A stretch of 55,426 nt of DNA from Candidatus Kaiserbacteria bacterium CG10_big_fil_rev_8_21_14_0_10_49_17 (GCA_002778575.1 PFBJ01000006.1:1-55426); one strand, 5' to 3'. Counted from the first letter of the stretch, positions 18,363 through 26,274 are shown. Numbers and translations: made by a program. The notes: generated by a model not told the origin, from the sequence alone.

Positions 18363-19394
18363 CTACTTCTTGGCGGCCGCCTTGCGCGCCCGCTTTTCTG
18401 CCTTCTTCGGATTGCTCCGAAGGTCGGGCTTACCGCCGCCCGGGCCCTTTTGGTGTCCGAGCTGGCTCGTCTCGAGCTGGCGGGCGCGGCGTTCCGCCTC
18501 CTTCTTCGCGCGCTCATTCGCGCACGAGGAGACGGAGTCGGCAGAGCACTGCGCCTTCTTAAGGCGAGCCATGCTCATCTCGTCGCCGTGCTCGAAAAGC
18601 ACGCCCTTCACCTCATCGAAGACAATCCCCGGCAGGGGACCGTTCTCCTCGATGTTCTTGAGGAGCGCTTCGAAAGCCGAGCGGCGATTGCTCGGGTTGC
18701 GGTTGACCGCGATGGCCGAGACGAGCTCGAAGTGAGCACGGTCACGGACCTTGCGGTCCGTCGAGGAGGCGAAGAGATTCTCCGCCCACAAGACGCGGGC
18801 CTCGATCTGCTCCTCGACAGTGAGCGTAACCGTCTCGAGACGGTTGTTGGTGCAGATGATACGCACCACTTCGCCGGTGGGGTGGAAGACCGTCACCGAC
18901 TGGCCCTCCATGAGCTCAAAGAGCGCCTCGCCGTTGCCGGCCTTGATGAGGCACTTTTCGTCTTCCGAGGAGTGTGCGCCGAAGTAGAACTTGTGCTTCG
19001 GCTTGACCCCCGAGGGGAGACGCGAGTTGACGAAGAGCATGTGGCTCTGCGTACCCTCATCCGGCCGGACGAGGAAGAGCAGGTCGGCCTTCTCCTCGCG
19101 GGGGACGCGCTTAAGCGCCATCCGCCGGACGTAGGCGCTGGTGGCGCCATTCGGGCGGTAGAGGCAGCCGTGGCGGCTGTTATCCCGCAGAATGAAGAAG
19201 GAGCCGACAAACAGTGCCGGTCTCCCGCCGCACAGCGGGTGCCCCGTCTCAATGTCGATATCGGCCGAGAGACCGGAAGCGACACTGTAGGTCCAGCAGT
19301 TGTTCGGCAGCGCACCTTCGGCGCTAAGCGCACTGTGGAGCGTGGAAGCCGAATTGGGGCGGTGCTCCTGAGTGGTCACGTGAGAGCCGTGCAT
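18363..19394 (-). CDS. orphan protein encoded by a high-GC island, with a Lys/Arg-rich C-terminal tail
   Basis: The minus-frame codons are GC3-rich (for example CCG AAG AAG GCA GAA AAG CGG GCG CGC AAG GCG GCC GCC AAG AAG TAG). GGAGGG lies 4 nt before the chosen ATG (MHGSHV). No family was recognised. Confidence 0.7.
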   Translation of the reverse strand: MHGSHVTTQEHRPNSASTLHSALSAEGALPNNCWTYSVASGLSADIDIETGHPLCGGRPALFVGSFFILRDNSRHGCLYRPNGATSAYVRRMALKRVPREEKADLLFLVRPDEGTQSHMLFVNSRLPSGVKPKHKFYFGAHSSEDEKCLIKAGNGEALFELMEGQSVTVFHPTGEVVRIICTNNRLETVTLTVEEQIEARVLWAENLFASSTDRKVRDRAHFELVSAIAVNRNPSNRRSAFEALLKNIEENGPLPGIVFDEVKGVLFEHGDEMSMARLKKAQCSADSVSSCANERAKKEAERRARQLETSQLGHQKGPGGGKPDLRSNPKKAEKRARKAAAKK

Positions 19395-19507
19395 AGTTCC
19401 CTCCATTTTCAAAAGTGGCGAAATACTGCCACAAACACAAAACCGCGGAAATACTAGCATATATAAGACATTCTGTCAATAGCATTAAAAAAAATATCGA
19501 TCCGCTC

Positions 19508-19553
19508 ATACCGCCAATCGACTCATTCACCTGATTGAGTCGATTGGCGGTAT
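19508..19553. repeat. intergenic palindromic repeat, copy C (perfect 18-bp arms)
   Basis: ataccgccaatcgactca-ttcacctgat-tgagtcgattggcggtat. In reverse complement its core shares 21/21 nt with the start of copy B. Confidence 0.85.
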
Positions 19554-19563
19554 ACTGAAAGCA

Positions 19564-19632
19564 ATGAAGTGGAAGATACTATTTGTCGTGGCACTCTTTA
19601 TTCTTATTTTTGCGCTTGCATCAGTTCGCTAG
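19564..19632 (+). CDS. 22-codon signal-anchor-like mini-ORF upstream of msrA
   Basis: MKWKILFVVALFILIFALASVR-TAG. TATACT lies 7 nt upstream, and the stop is followed by one nt and then the msrA ATG. Confidence 0.35.
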   Translation: MKWKILFVVALFILIFALASVR

Positions 19633-19633
19633 T

Positions 19634-20086
19634 ATGGAAAAGGCACTGTTTGCAGCAGGGTGTTTTTGGGGAGTGGAAGCGGAATTCCAAGCTATTGAAG
19701 GAGTTGTTGATACGCGGGTGGGCTATAGCGGTGGACATACGCAAAACCCAACTTACGAAGACGTGTGTAGCGGTGAGACGGGGTATGCGGAGACGGTAGA
19801 GGTTACATACGATCCGGCAGTTATTTCATATAGGGAATTAGTGAAAGCATTTTTTAAAATGCATGATCCAACGCAGGAAAACGGACAGGGTCCTGATAGC
19901 GGGGAGCAGTATCGCTCTGCTATTTTTTTCTTTACGCCTGAGCAGGAAAAAAGAGCGCATGAAGTAACAGAAGAAATCAGTTCAGACTATAAAAAAGACA
20001 TACAAACGGAAATCACCCCCGCGGGACCTTTTTACGAGGCTGAGGAGTACCATCAGGATTACCTAAAAAAGAAGCGTCGCACATAG
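19634..20086 (+). CDS. msrA: peptide-methionine (S)-S-oxide reductase MsrA
   Basis: MEKALFAAGCFWGVEAEF...GYSGG...DPT motifs. Confidence 0.92.
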   Translation: MEKALFAAGCFWGVEAEFQAIEGVVDTRVGYSGGHTQNPTYEDVCSGETGYAETVEVTYDPAVISYRELVKAFFKMHDPTQENGQGPDSGEQYRSAIFFFTPEQEKRAHEVTEEISSDYKKDIQTEITPAGPFYEAEEYHQDYLKKKRRT

Positions 20087-20158
20087 AGGGCACCAAAGCC
20101 TTTAAGAGCTCTTCGGTACGGAAATGCGTAAGGCTTCGCTTCGGCATCTCGCTCGCTT

Positions 20159-20216
20159 CCTGCCTATGCTGGCAGGCCTACCTACCGGCAGGCAGGCTTA
20201 CCTACCGGCAGGGGGG
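20159..20216. repeat. CCTGCC hairpin plus a tandem 2 x 20-nt copy of the CCTACCTACCGGCAGGCAGG module (copy D)
   Basis: cctgcc-tatgct-ggcagg, then cctacctaccggcaggcagg and cttacctaccggcagggggg. Confidence 0.8.
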
Positions 20217-20228
20217 TACGTCGCTAAT

Positions 20229-20258
20229 AAAAAACGCCGCGTGCTTGCACGCGGCGTT
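20229..20258 (-). terminator. hairpin terminator for the minus-strand M14-like gene
   Basis: aacgccgcgtgc..gcacgcggcgtt, with a T-run on the minus strand. Confidence 0.75.
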
Positions 20259-20261
20259 AGT

Positions 20262-21389
20262 CTACAGGGAATTGATCCGAGCAAGAGCCGAGTAGAGAAC
20301 AGTGTTCATTCGCGGCACGATTGCGTCACGCCAGGCTCTTTGGCGCGGATAGAATACATTGAGCATGGTCTGTGCAGTCCACGTGTCGTTGCGGTCAGCG
20401 CGCCCCTCGCGAAGAGATTTCAGAACGCAATTGCGCCACCGTACCGCAAGGACAGCCCGCACTATCCACTTACTGCCGAGTTCCGCGCAGACGCCGGTAT
20501 AGGTCCGAGTGGCAGGGAGCTCGTCAAAGAAAGCATTTTCGATGACACCGGCACTTGAGCTGGTATACGGATTGTCCTCCTTTGTTGAGAACAGTGCCGG
20601 ACCGAAAAATTCTTTCGCTCGCTGGTGGTCTGGGCTTTTTGGATCGTAAATTGTAATAAGAACCGCTTCGGCCTTTACGATTGACGGACCAAGACCTGAG
20701 TGGATGTCTATGTGGACATCGTGTCCCGGCACGTCATAACTGTACTGGCGAATAATCTCTCGGGTGGTGAGCGTGCTCCACGTTGGACCTGAGCCGACGT
20801 AGAGCATCTTGTCTTTGTGCACCCACTGCCCGATATTCATCATTCGTTGCAGTACCGCGTCGCCCTTCCGCATTCTATGGGCAAGCAGGCGCCCGATTCG
20901 CATGCACTCAGCCATAAGCGTTAACGATTCGGGATTGAGATCCTCATCAACGGCCGCGTACGATTTGGTGTACTGCTTCCGTTTCGGCCAGCGTTTTCGA
21001 AATGAGCGATTGGTATCCGAATTTTCTTCATTGACGCGTGAATGCCAACTTGAGCCCCATGGAGTAATGTTATCCACCAGGACAAGGCAGCACTCTTTGC
21101 CGAGCAATCGCTTGATGAAGGGGGCGTTTTCGAGAAGCCAGCAAAGGTAGACGGTTCCGCAGTAGCGCTCGATGCCGTGTATACCCGTGGTTATCCAAAT
21201 GCGGTGTTTTGCCTCGGGGTCCCCGATGATAGCCACACGGGTAGTCAACTCCTCTTCATCCCGTCCACGCAGCCCTGTATCATTCGTGAGGCTGAATTCC
21301 TCATGTTTGATTCCAGCGTTGCCAAGAGCTTGCAGTATCGCCGTATCCGCGTGCGCGCCGCGCGTGAATGCGCTTGAGAGCAGTTCCAT
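20262..21389 (-). CDS. M14-like (DUF2817-type) putative zinc carboxypeptidase/deacylase
   Basis: 375 aa with TGIHGIE (an HxxE-type zinc motif) near the N-terminus. GGAGGGAAG lies 7 nt upstream of the chosen ATG (MELLSS). Confidence 0.5.
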   Translation of the reverse strand: MELLSSAFTRGAHADTAILQALGNAGIKHEEFSLTNDTGLRGRDEEELTTRVAIIGDPEAKHRIWITTGIHGIERYCGTVYLCWLLENAPFIKRLLGKECCLVLVDNITPWGSSWHSRVNEENSDTNRSFRKRWPKRKQYTKSYAAVDEDLNPESLTLMAECMRIGRLLAHRMRKGDAVLQRMMNIGQWVHKDKMLYVGSGPTWSTLTTREIIRQYSYDVPGHDVHIDIHSGLGPSIVKAEAVLITIYDPKSPDHQRAKEFFGPALFSTKEDNPYTSSSAGVIENAFFDELPATRTYTGVCAELGSKWIVRAVLAVRWRNCVLKSLREGRADRNDTWTAQTMLNVFYPRQRAWRDAIVPRMNTVLYSALARINSL

Positions 21390-21459
21390 TGTGCTTCCCT
21401 CCGGTATATATCCTCTTTGGAGTGTGCGGCAAGAATGGATGAAGGTCAAATAGTTTCTA

Positions 21460-21468
21460 TGGTAGTAT
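21460..21468 (+). promoter_or_regulatory. extended -10 box TGGTAGTAT, 6 nt before the ATG at 21475
   Basis: Read directly. No SD is present. Confidence 0.5.
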
Positions 21469-21474
21469 GTGTGT

Positions 21475-22008
21475 ATGAAGTGGATAGTCGGCATTACAAT
21501 CCTTCTTGCGGTTTTGGCAGGGCTCTTTTTCTTTACTCGAGATCAAGTACAAGAGCTGGTTACGGTGACAACGTTTCAGGAGTGTGTCGCCGCAGGGAAT
21601 CCTGTCATGGAGAGCTACCCGCGACAGTGCAGTCATGAGGGGCAGCACTTCGTCGAGGAGATTGGAAATGAATTAGAAAAAAGAGACCTTATTCGCGTGA
21701 ATACCCCGCGGCCAAATGCTGAAATTGAATCCCCGCTTACCATAACCGGAGAGGCGCGCGGATACTGGTACTTCGAGGCCACTTTCCCAGTCATCCTTAC
21801 TGATTGGGACGGGCGGATTATTGCGGAAGGGTATGCGAGCGCACAGGATGACTGGATGACTGAAGCGTTTGTGCCATTTACAGCAACACTTGAATTTACC
21901 GTAGACACGTCAGTTTCAAATCGTGGTTCGCTTATCCTTAAGAAGGATAATCCATCAGGACTACCGGAGCACGACGACGCACTGGAGTTCCCGGTGTACT
22001 TTAAATAG
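21475..22008 (+). CDS. membrane-anchored protein with a Gmad2-type Ig-like domain
   Basis: MKWIVGITILLAVLAGLFFF anchor. IESPLTITGEARGYWYFEATFPVILTDWDGRIIAEG fits the Gmad2 pattern. Confidence 0.55.
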   Translation: MKWIVGITILLAVLAGLFFFTRDQVQELVTVTTFQECVAAGNPVMESYPRQCSHEGQHFVEEIGNELEKRDLIRVNTPRPNAEIESPLTITGEARGYWYFEATFPVILTDWDGRIIAEGYASAQDDWMTEAFVPFTATLEFTVDTSVSNRGSLILKKDNPSGLPEHDDALEFPVYFK

Positions 22009-22009
22009 C

Positions 22010-22453
22010 ATGCACTCCCGAGTTCTTTCAGTTATTGCACTTGCTACATTCGGTATTATTGATGCGGGGTACCTTTCGTGGGCACGCTTCACGGGCTCGT
22101 CACTTTCTTGCAATATTCTCAATGGGTGCAATGTGGTTGCGGCAAGTCCCGAGTCAGTCCTCTTTGGTATTATGCCCCTTTCATACCTTGGGCTTCTTTT
22201 CTACATAGGCATATTCGCGCTTGGTGTTTTGTTGCTCGTACAGGATGCAAAGCTGTTTAGAGTACTGCTCGTACTTGCCACACTTGGCGGCTTCCTAGCC
22301 TCTGTGTACTTCACGTACCTGCAGGCGTTTGTTATTAATGCGTTTTGCATCTACTGCCTTACGTCGGCGGTACTCTCCACGCTTCTCTTTGGATTTTCTA
22401 TTTGGGTGTACTACACAAAAGAAGAAAGCCCTGCCAGTGTGGCAGAGCTCTAG
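22010..22453 (+). CDS. vitamin K epoxide reductase (VKOR) family protein
   Basis: Four TM segments, loop cysteines SCNILNGC, and a CIYC (CxxC) motif in a TM helix. Confidence 0.78.
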   Translation: MHSRVLSVIALATFGIIDAGYLSWARFTGSSLSCNILNGCNVVAASPESVLFGIMPLSYLGLLFYIGIFALGVLLLVQDAKLFRVLLVLATLGGFLASVYFTYLQAFVINAFCIYCLTSAVLSTLLFGFSIWVYYTKEESPASVAEL

Positions 22454-22614
22454 AGCAATTTTGGATGATCAATTTTTTTCTCCCGTGTACGGAGGCGGTC
22501 AGGCGTACGAATAGGGAGGTTTTTGTCGCGCCCCGGTCGCGGGCGAAGAATTATCTGGCCCTTAGTGTGGATAGCGGATTGCTATACTAAAGACAGAATC
22601 AAGAGGAGAGGATA

Positions 22615-23340
22615 ATGCCCAAAGGCGAAGATTTCGTCGATGGGCTTACGCCCACGACGAGTTCCTTGAAACAAGATCCGAGAGATGCGGATCCGGTAAA
22701 ACTAAATCCTGAAGTACGGGAAGGTGAGAGAGTGGTCTTTCTTACCCGTGGCTTCATAACGACGGTTGACGAGTCGGAATACGAGCGTGTTATGAGATAT
22801 TCATGGCACGCGAATATCCAGCCACACGGTGACGGACACTTTAAGATTTATGCTGTACGGGGGCGACGAGCCTCTGAGGGTTTTCCAAAAGGTGCAAAGC
22901 AGTATCTCCATCGCTTCTTAGTGTTGGCCGAAGAGCATCCTGATATTCATGTTGACCATCTGGATGGTAACTCCCTTCGAAATTCTCTGAAAAACTTAGC
23001 TCCTGGACTGCCTATACACAACAAGATGAATTTGCGGTGTGGAGGTAGTGGCAATGTCCCAGAGTATGTAGGCGTATACCGCTTTCCATCAACCGCAAAA
23101 AACGGAAACAGTTCTAAGCCGTTCGAAGCGAGCTTCAATTTTATGGGAGAGCGCTTCTTTTGTGGACGATTTGCTACCGCATACGAAGCGGCTCTTGCTC
23201 GAGACACCGCTCTTCTCGAGGAGCATAAAAAATGGGGTATTCCACCCATTGTGAGCAATAATGTTCTGAATTTCCCCCATGAAGACACTGAAGAGAAACG
23301 TCAGTGCATACAGAGGGTTGATGAAGAAATTCCCTTTTGA
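22615..23340 (+). CDS. HNH endonuclease fused to an AP2 DNA-binding domain (homing-endonuclease-like)
   Basis: HRFLV...VDHLDGNSLRNSLKNL (HNH) and YVGVYRF...FEASFNFMGERFFCGRFATAYEAALARD (AP2). It has a GGAGAGG SD, and TGCTATACT at 22580..22588. Confidence 0.8.
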   Translation: MPKGEDFVDGLTPTTSSLKQDPRDADPVKLNPEVREGERVVFLTRGFITTVDESEYERVMRYSWHANIQPHGDGHFKIYAVRGRRASEGFPKGAKQYLHRFLVLAEEHPDIHVDHLDGNSLRNSLKNLAPGLPIHNKMNLRCGGSGNVPEYVGVYRFPSTAKNGNSSKPFEASFNFMGERFFCGRFATAYEAALARDTALLEEHKKWGIPPIVSNNVLNFPHEDTEEKRQCIQRVDEEIPF

Positions 23341-23373
23341 CCGGCTCCCGTAGGAGCCGGTTCTTTCTTTTTT
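23341..23373 (+). terminator. rho-independent terminator
   Basis: ccggctcc-cgta-ggagccgg followed by ttctttctttttt. Confidence 0.85.
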
Positions 23374-23419
23374 CCGAGGAGCGTGCATACTATTTTCTAG
23401 GTCAGGTATGGAGGCGAAT

Positions 23420-23635
23420 ATGAGCGAGAACTGTCTCCTTCGGCAAGCGTGGGAAGGGGGAGGCGAGAGCCTCCACCTTTCTGAAGAAGATTTGCGGATT
23501 TTCCAGTGTCGAAAAAAGTTGAAGCAAAAAGGAGATCCGCGCTCGGTGCGCCGCCCGTCAGACTACAGGCTTCTCAAGCTCTTTCGGGAGAAAGGAAGCC
23601 CAATTGGCTTTGGTGTGTGGATCCACTTGATGTAG
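23420..23635 (+). CDS. small hypothetical protein
   Basis: 71 aa starting at MSENCLL, with GGAGG 5 nt upstream and its own terminator. Confidence 0.4.
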   Translation: MSENCLLRQAWEGGGESLHLSEEDLRIFQCRKKLKQKGDPRSVRRPSDYRLLKLFREKGSPIGFGVWIHLM

Positions 23636-23660
23636 GGGCAGAAATGCCCCTCATTTTTTT
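23635..23660 (+). terminator. rho-independent terminator
   Basis: ggggca-gaaa-tgcccc followed by tcattttttt. Confidence 0.8.
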
Positions 23661-23735
23661 GCATGCCCCGGAGATAACTTGTGTATAGTTTCTCATTGTT
23701 TTTTATGGCGTATCTCACGGGGTATACTATACGCA

Positions 23736-24512
23736 ATGTCATTTATATCCCGCATTCGCTCTATTGATGAGTCGGATAAGTCTATAGCAGTAGAGAAACT
23801 TATTGCTGCAAGTACGCCTGATTTTGATTTCTTCCTTCTGACGACCCTTTCGGTCTTGATGGCGACATTCGGGCTTCTCCTTGATAGCGCAACGGTGATC
23901 ATCGGCAGTATGCTTATTGCGCCACTGCTCTACCCAATACTCTCACTTTCAGTATCGGTTTCCATGGCTGACTACCGCCTATTGCGCCGGTCGCTCTCAA
24001 CGCTTGGCAAAGCGACAGTCCTTACCGTTGGCGCGTCTGCGATTATTACACTTTTCTTTTCATACGATTACTCTATTGGAAGTGAAATACTTTCCCGTGC
24101 CGAACCGTCACTTGTGTACTTTTTGGTTGCGGTTATCTCTGGTATCGCAGTGTCATACACAATGGTGCGTCCCGACCTCTCAGAGACTCTGCCGGGCATT
24201 GCAGTTGCGGTAGCGCTCCTGCCGCCGCTTGCGACAGTGGGAGTTGGCATTGCGGAGCTACAGTGGACTGTCGTCTCTGGTGCGATAGTACTCTTTTTAC
24301 TCAATGTTGTCGGTATCGTAGGGGCGAGTATTGTGATGTTTTCTCTCATGAACCTTTACTCGAAACGCTCAGTTGCAGAGCGCACTGTAGTGCGAGAAGA
24401 AGTTCGTGTTGTAAAAGAGAAAGAGAAAGCAAAAGAAATAGATGAGTGGGACAAGGCAGTTGACGGTGCCATCAAGGCTGATGCTGTGCGAGAAGAGGAG
24501 AATGGGAAGTAG
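23736..24512 (+). CDS. DUF389-like polytopic membrane protein
   Basis: DFDFFLLTTLSVLMATFGLLLDSATVIIGSMLIAPLLYPI pattern. TATACT lies 7 nt upstream of the ATG. Confidence 0.55.
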   Translation: MSFISRIRSIDESDKSIAVEKLIAASTPDFDFFLLTTLSVLMATFGLLLDSATVIIGSMLIAPLLYPILSLSVSVSMADYRLLRRSLSTLGKATVLTVGASAIITLFFSYDYSIGSEILSRAEPSLVYFLVAVISGIAVSYTMVRPDLSETLPGIAVAVALLPPLATVGVGIAELQWTVVSGAIVLFLLNVVGIVGASIVMFSLMNLYSKRSVAERTVVREEVRVVKEKEKAKEIDEWDKAVDGAIKADAVREEENGK

Positions 24513-24571
24513 GGAATATACAGCCGTATATGAAAGCTCATCAGGCTTTTCAGGGCTTTTTTTGATGGCGG

Positions 24572-24577
24572 TATACT
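24572..24577 (+). promoter_or_regulatory. -10 box TATACT, 6 nt before the dinB ATG
   Basis: ggcggTATACTggagcaATG. Confidence 0.5.
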
Positions 24578-24583
24578 GGAGCA

Positions 24584-25660
24584 ATGCGGATTGTAGGCCA
24601 CATTGATCTCGATGCATTTTTTGCGTCTGTTGAAGAGCGTGACAAGCCGTACCTGCGGGGGTTGCCGGTAGTGGTTGGCGCGGATCCCAAAGGAGGCGCA
24701 GGGCGCGGTGTTGTGTCAACGGCAAACTATGCGGCGCGTAAGTACGGTATACGTTCAGCTCTTCCTATCAAAACTGCATGGCGGCTCTCAGAGGAAGCAA
24801 AAGCCCGCGGCGAGAGAGCGTGTGCGTTCATTGCGCCGTCATTTAGCCGGTACCGTCCGGCGTCAAAAGCGATATTTGATATTGTTGCTCAGTATACGCC
24901 GTGCTTTGAGCAGAGCAGTATTGATGAAGCGTATCTTGACCTCTCACATCTGCGAACATATACAAAGGCACGAGAAGAGATGGAGAAAATGAAACGAGAG
25001 ATACGCAGAAAGACCAAACTCTCAAGCTCTATTGGTATCGGTCCGTCAAAGCTTGTCGCAAAAATAGCATCTGATGTAGATAAGCCGAATGGCCTTACGG
25101 TTGTCCGCCCGAAAGACGTTGAGAAATTTCTTGGCAGTATGCCAGTGCGCGCTATTCCCGGTATCGGACCGAAGGCAGCAGCGGTCCTGCAAAAAATAGG
25201 AGTGGAAAAAGTGGCAGATGCTCGAATGTACTCGTGGGAGGAACTGGAAAAGCACTTTGGAAAGTGGGGGTTCGTGCTTTATGAGCGGGTGCGCGGCATA
25301 GATGAGCGGGAGGTATTAGCAGAGCCGGAAGATGCGAAATCTATCGGGAAGCACAAAACATTTGCTGAAGACATGCTCAATTTCAATGCAATTGTCGCCG
25401 AACTTCGTAGGATGAGTGCATCGCTCATTCGCAGTCTTTCGAAAAAGGGATTTGTCGGATTTCGTACGGTCGTGCTGACGGTGCGCTTTGCTGATTTTAC
25501 AACCCGTACCCGCTCAGTAACGAGCGCGCTACCAATGGCAAGTGAGCGGGAATTGAATGCAAAAATGATGAAGCTCCTCCTCCCTTTTTTTGAGGGGAAA
25601 GAGAATCCGCAAAAAAAGAAGATTCGGCTTGTTGGGCTGCGAATAGAGAAGTTGCTGTAA
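24584..25660 (+). CDS. dinB: DNA polymerase IV (Y-family)
   Basis: MRIVGHIDLDAFFASVEERD, SIDEAYLD, and the little-finger region. Confidence 0.92.
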   Translation: MRIVGHIDLDAFFASVEERDKPYLRGLPVVVGADPKGGAGRGVVSTANYAARKYGIRSALPIKTAWRLSEEAKARGERACAFIAPSFSRYRPASKAIFDIVAQYTPCFEQSSIDEAYLDLSHLRTYTKAREEMEKMKREIRRKTKLSSSIGIGPSKLVAKIASDVDKPNGLTVVRPKDVEKFLGSMPVRAIPGIGPKAAAVLQKIGVEKVADARMYSWEELEKHFGKWGFVLYERVRGIDEREVLAEPEDAKSIGKHKTFAEDMLNFNAIVAELRRMSASLIRSLSKKGFVGFRTVVLTVRFADFTTRTRSVTSALPMASERELNAKMMKLLLPFFEGKENPQKKKIRLVGLRIEKLL

Positions 25661-25687
25661 GAAACCGCAGGGCGCACGCCCTGCGGT

Positions 25688-26122
25688 CTAAAGTATCATC
25701 CGCTCTCCGTGGGTCAGTTTGTCCGCGTGGACTTCAACCCATTCAATTCCGACCAAGACCATATACTCCTGACAGAGGTCTTCAATGCGTGGCCAGAAGC
25801 GGTCATCGGCGAGTCTGCATACTGCTGAGCCATTTCGAGGGGTGGAGAGAGAAATGCAGACATGCGGCTTGCCGTGACGGTCGCCGCGGAGCTGGAACTT
25901 AAAATGCTCCCCAATTGCAATCGAAAGCAACGTGCGTCGTGGTGGAACCATGAGCACCCTGTCTCCCAACCGTCGGTGGTAGAGAAGGGGGTACTCACAC
26001 AGTGGCTGAATTCTACGAGCCATACGCTGCAGTGTCTCCTCTTGGGCGCGGCGGTGGTGTGGATGCTCTGCTCGAGCGAGCAGTGCCGGGTGTTCAAATG
26101 CGGGGACAAGTTCGCTCATCAT
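25688..26122 (-). CDS. hypothetical protein (His/Arg-rich, mildly GC-enriched)
   Basis: 144 aa with GAGGG 7 nt upstream of ATGATG. A second overlapping minus-frame ORF (25714..26109) is judged spurious. Confidence 0.45.
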   Translation of the reverse strand: MMSELVPAFEHPALLARAEHPHHRRAQEETLQRMARRIQPLCEYPLLYHRRLGDRVLMVPPRRTLLSIAIGEHFKFQLRGDRHGKPHVCISLSTPRNGSAVCRLADDRFWPRIEDLCQEYMVLVGIEWVEVHADKLTHGERMIL

Positions 26123-26274
26123 GACAGGACCCTCACTCTTATTCTATTGCTATTACATACCCCCATATGGCACGGGTCAACCAAACGTGGTGCATAAATC
26201 TGTAATTTGACTAAAGGAAAAAAGAATGGTACCATAAAGCAACTGTTCTTTCTCTTAGAAATAATTATTACTCT

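Noticed and set aside
18450-19457. 335-aa plus-strand ORF, together with 18370..18735 (plus) and 18893..19333 (minus), overlapping the high-GC gene
   Set aside because: Its composition is rich in Arg, Leu, Ala, Gly, Val and Asp and poor in other residues, typical of the antisense or off-frame of a GC-rich gene. The minus frame 18363..19394 has the GC3 bias, an SD and a terminator.
20124-20558. 144-aa plus-strand ORF beginning MRKASLRHLARFLPMLAGLPTGRQAYLPAGG
   Set aside because: Its N-terminus is a translation of the palindromic repeat array, and the rest is antisense to the M14-like gene. The same artefact explains 26864..27412 (MPTGRQVYF...) and the end of 5587..5871.
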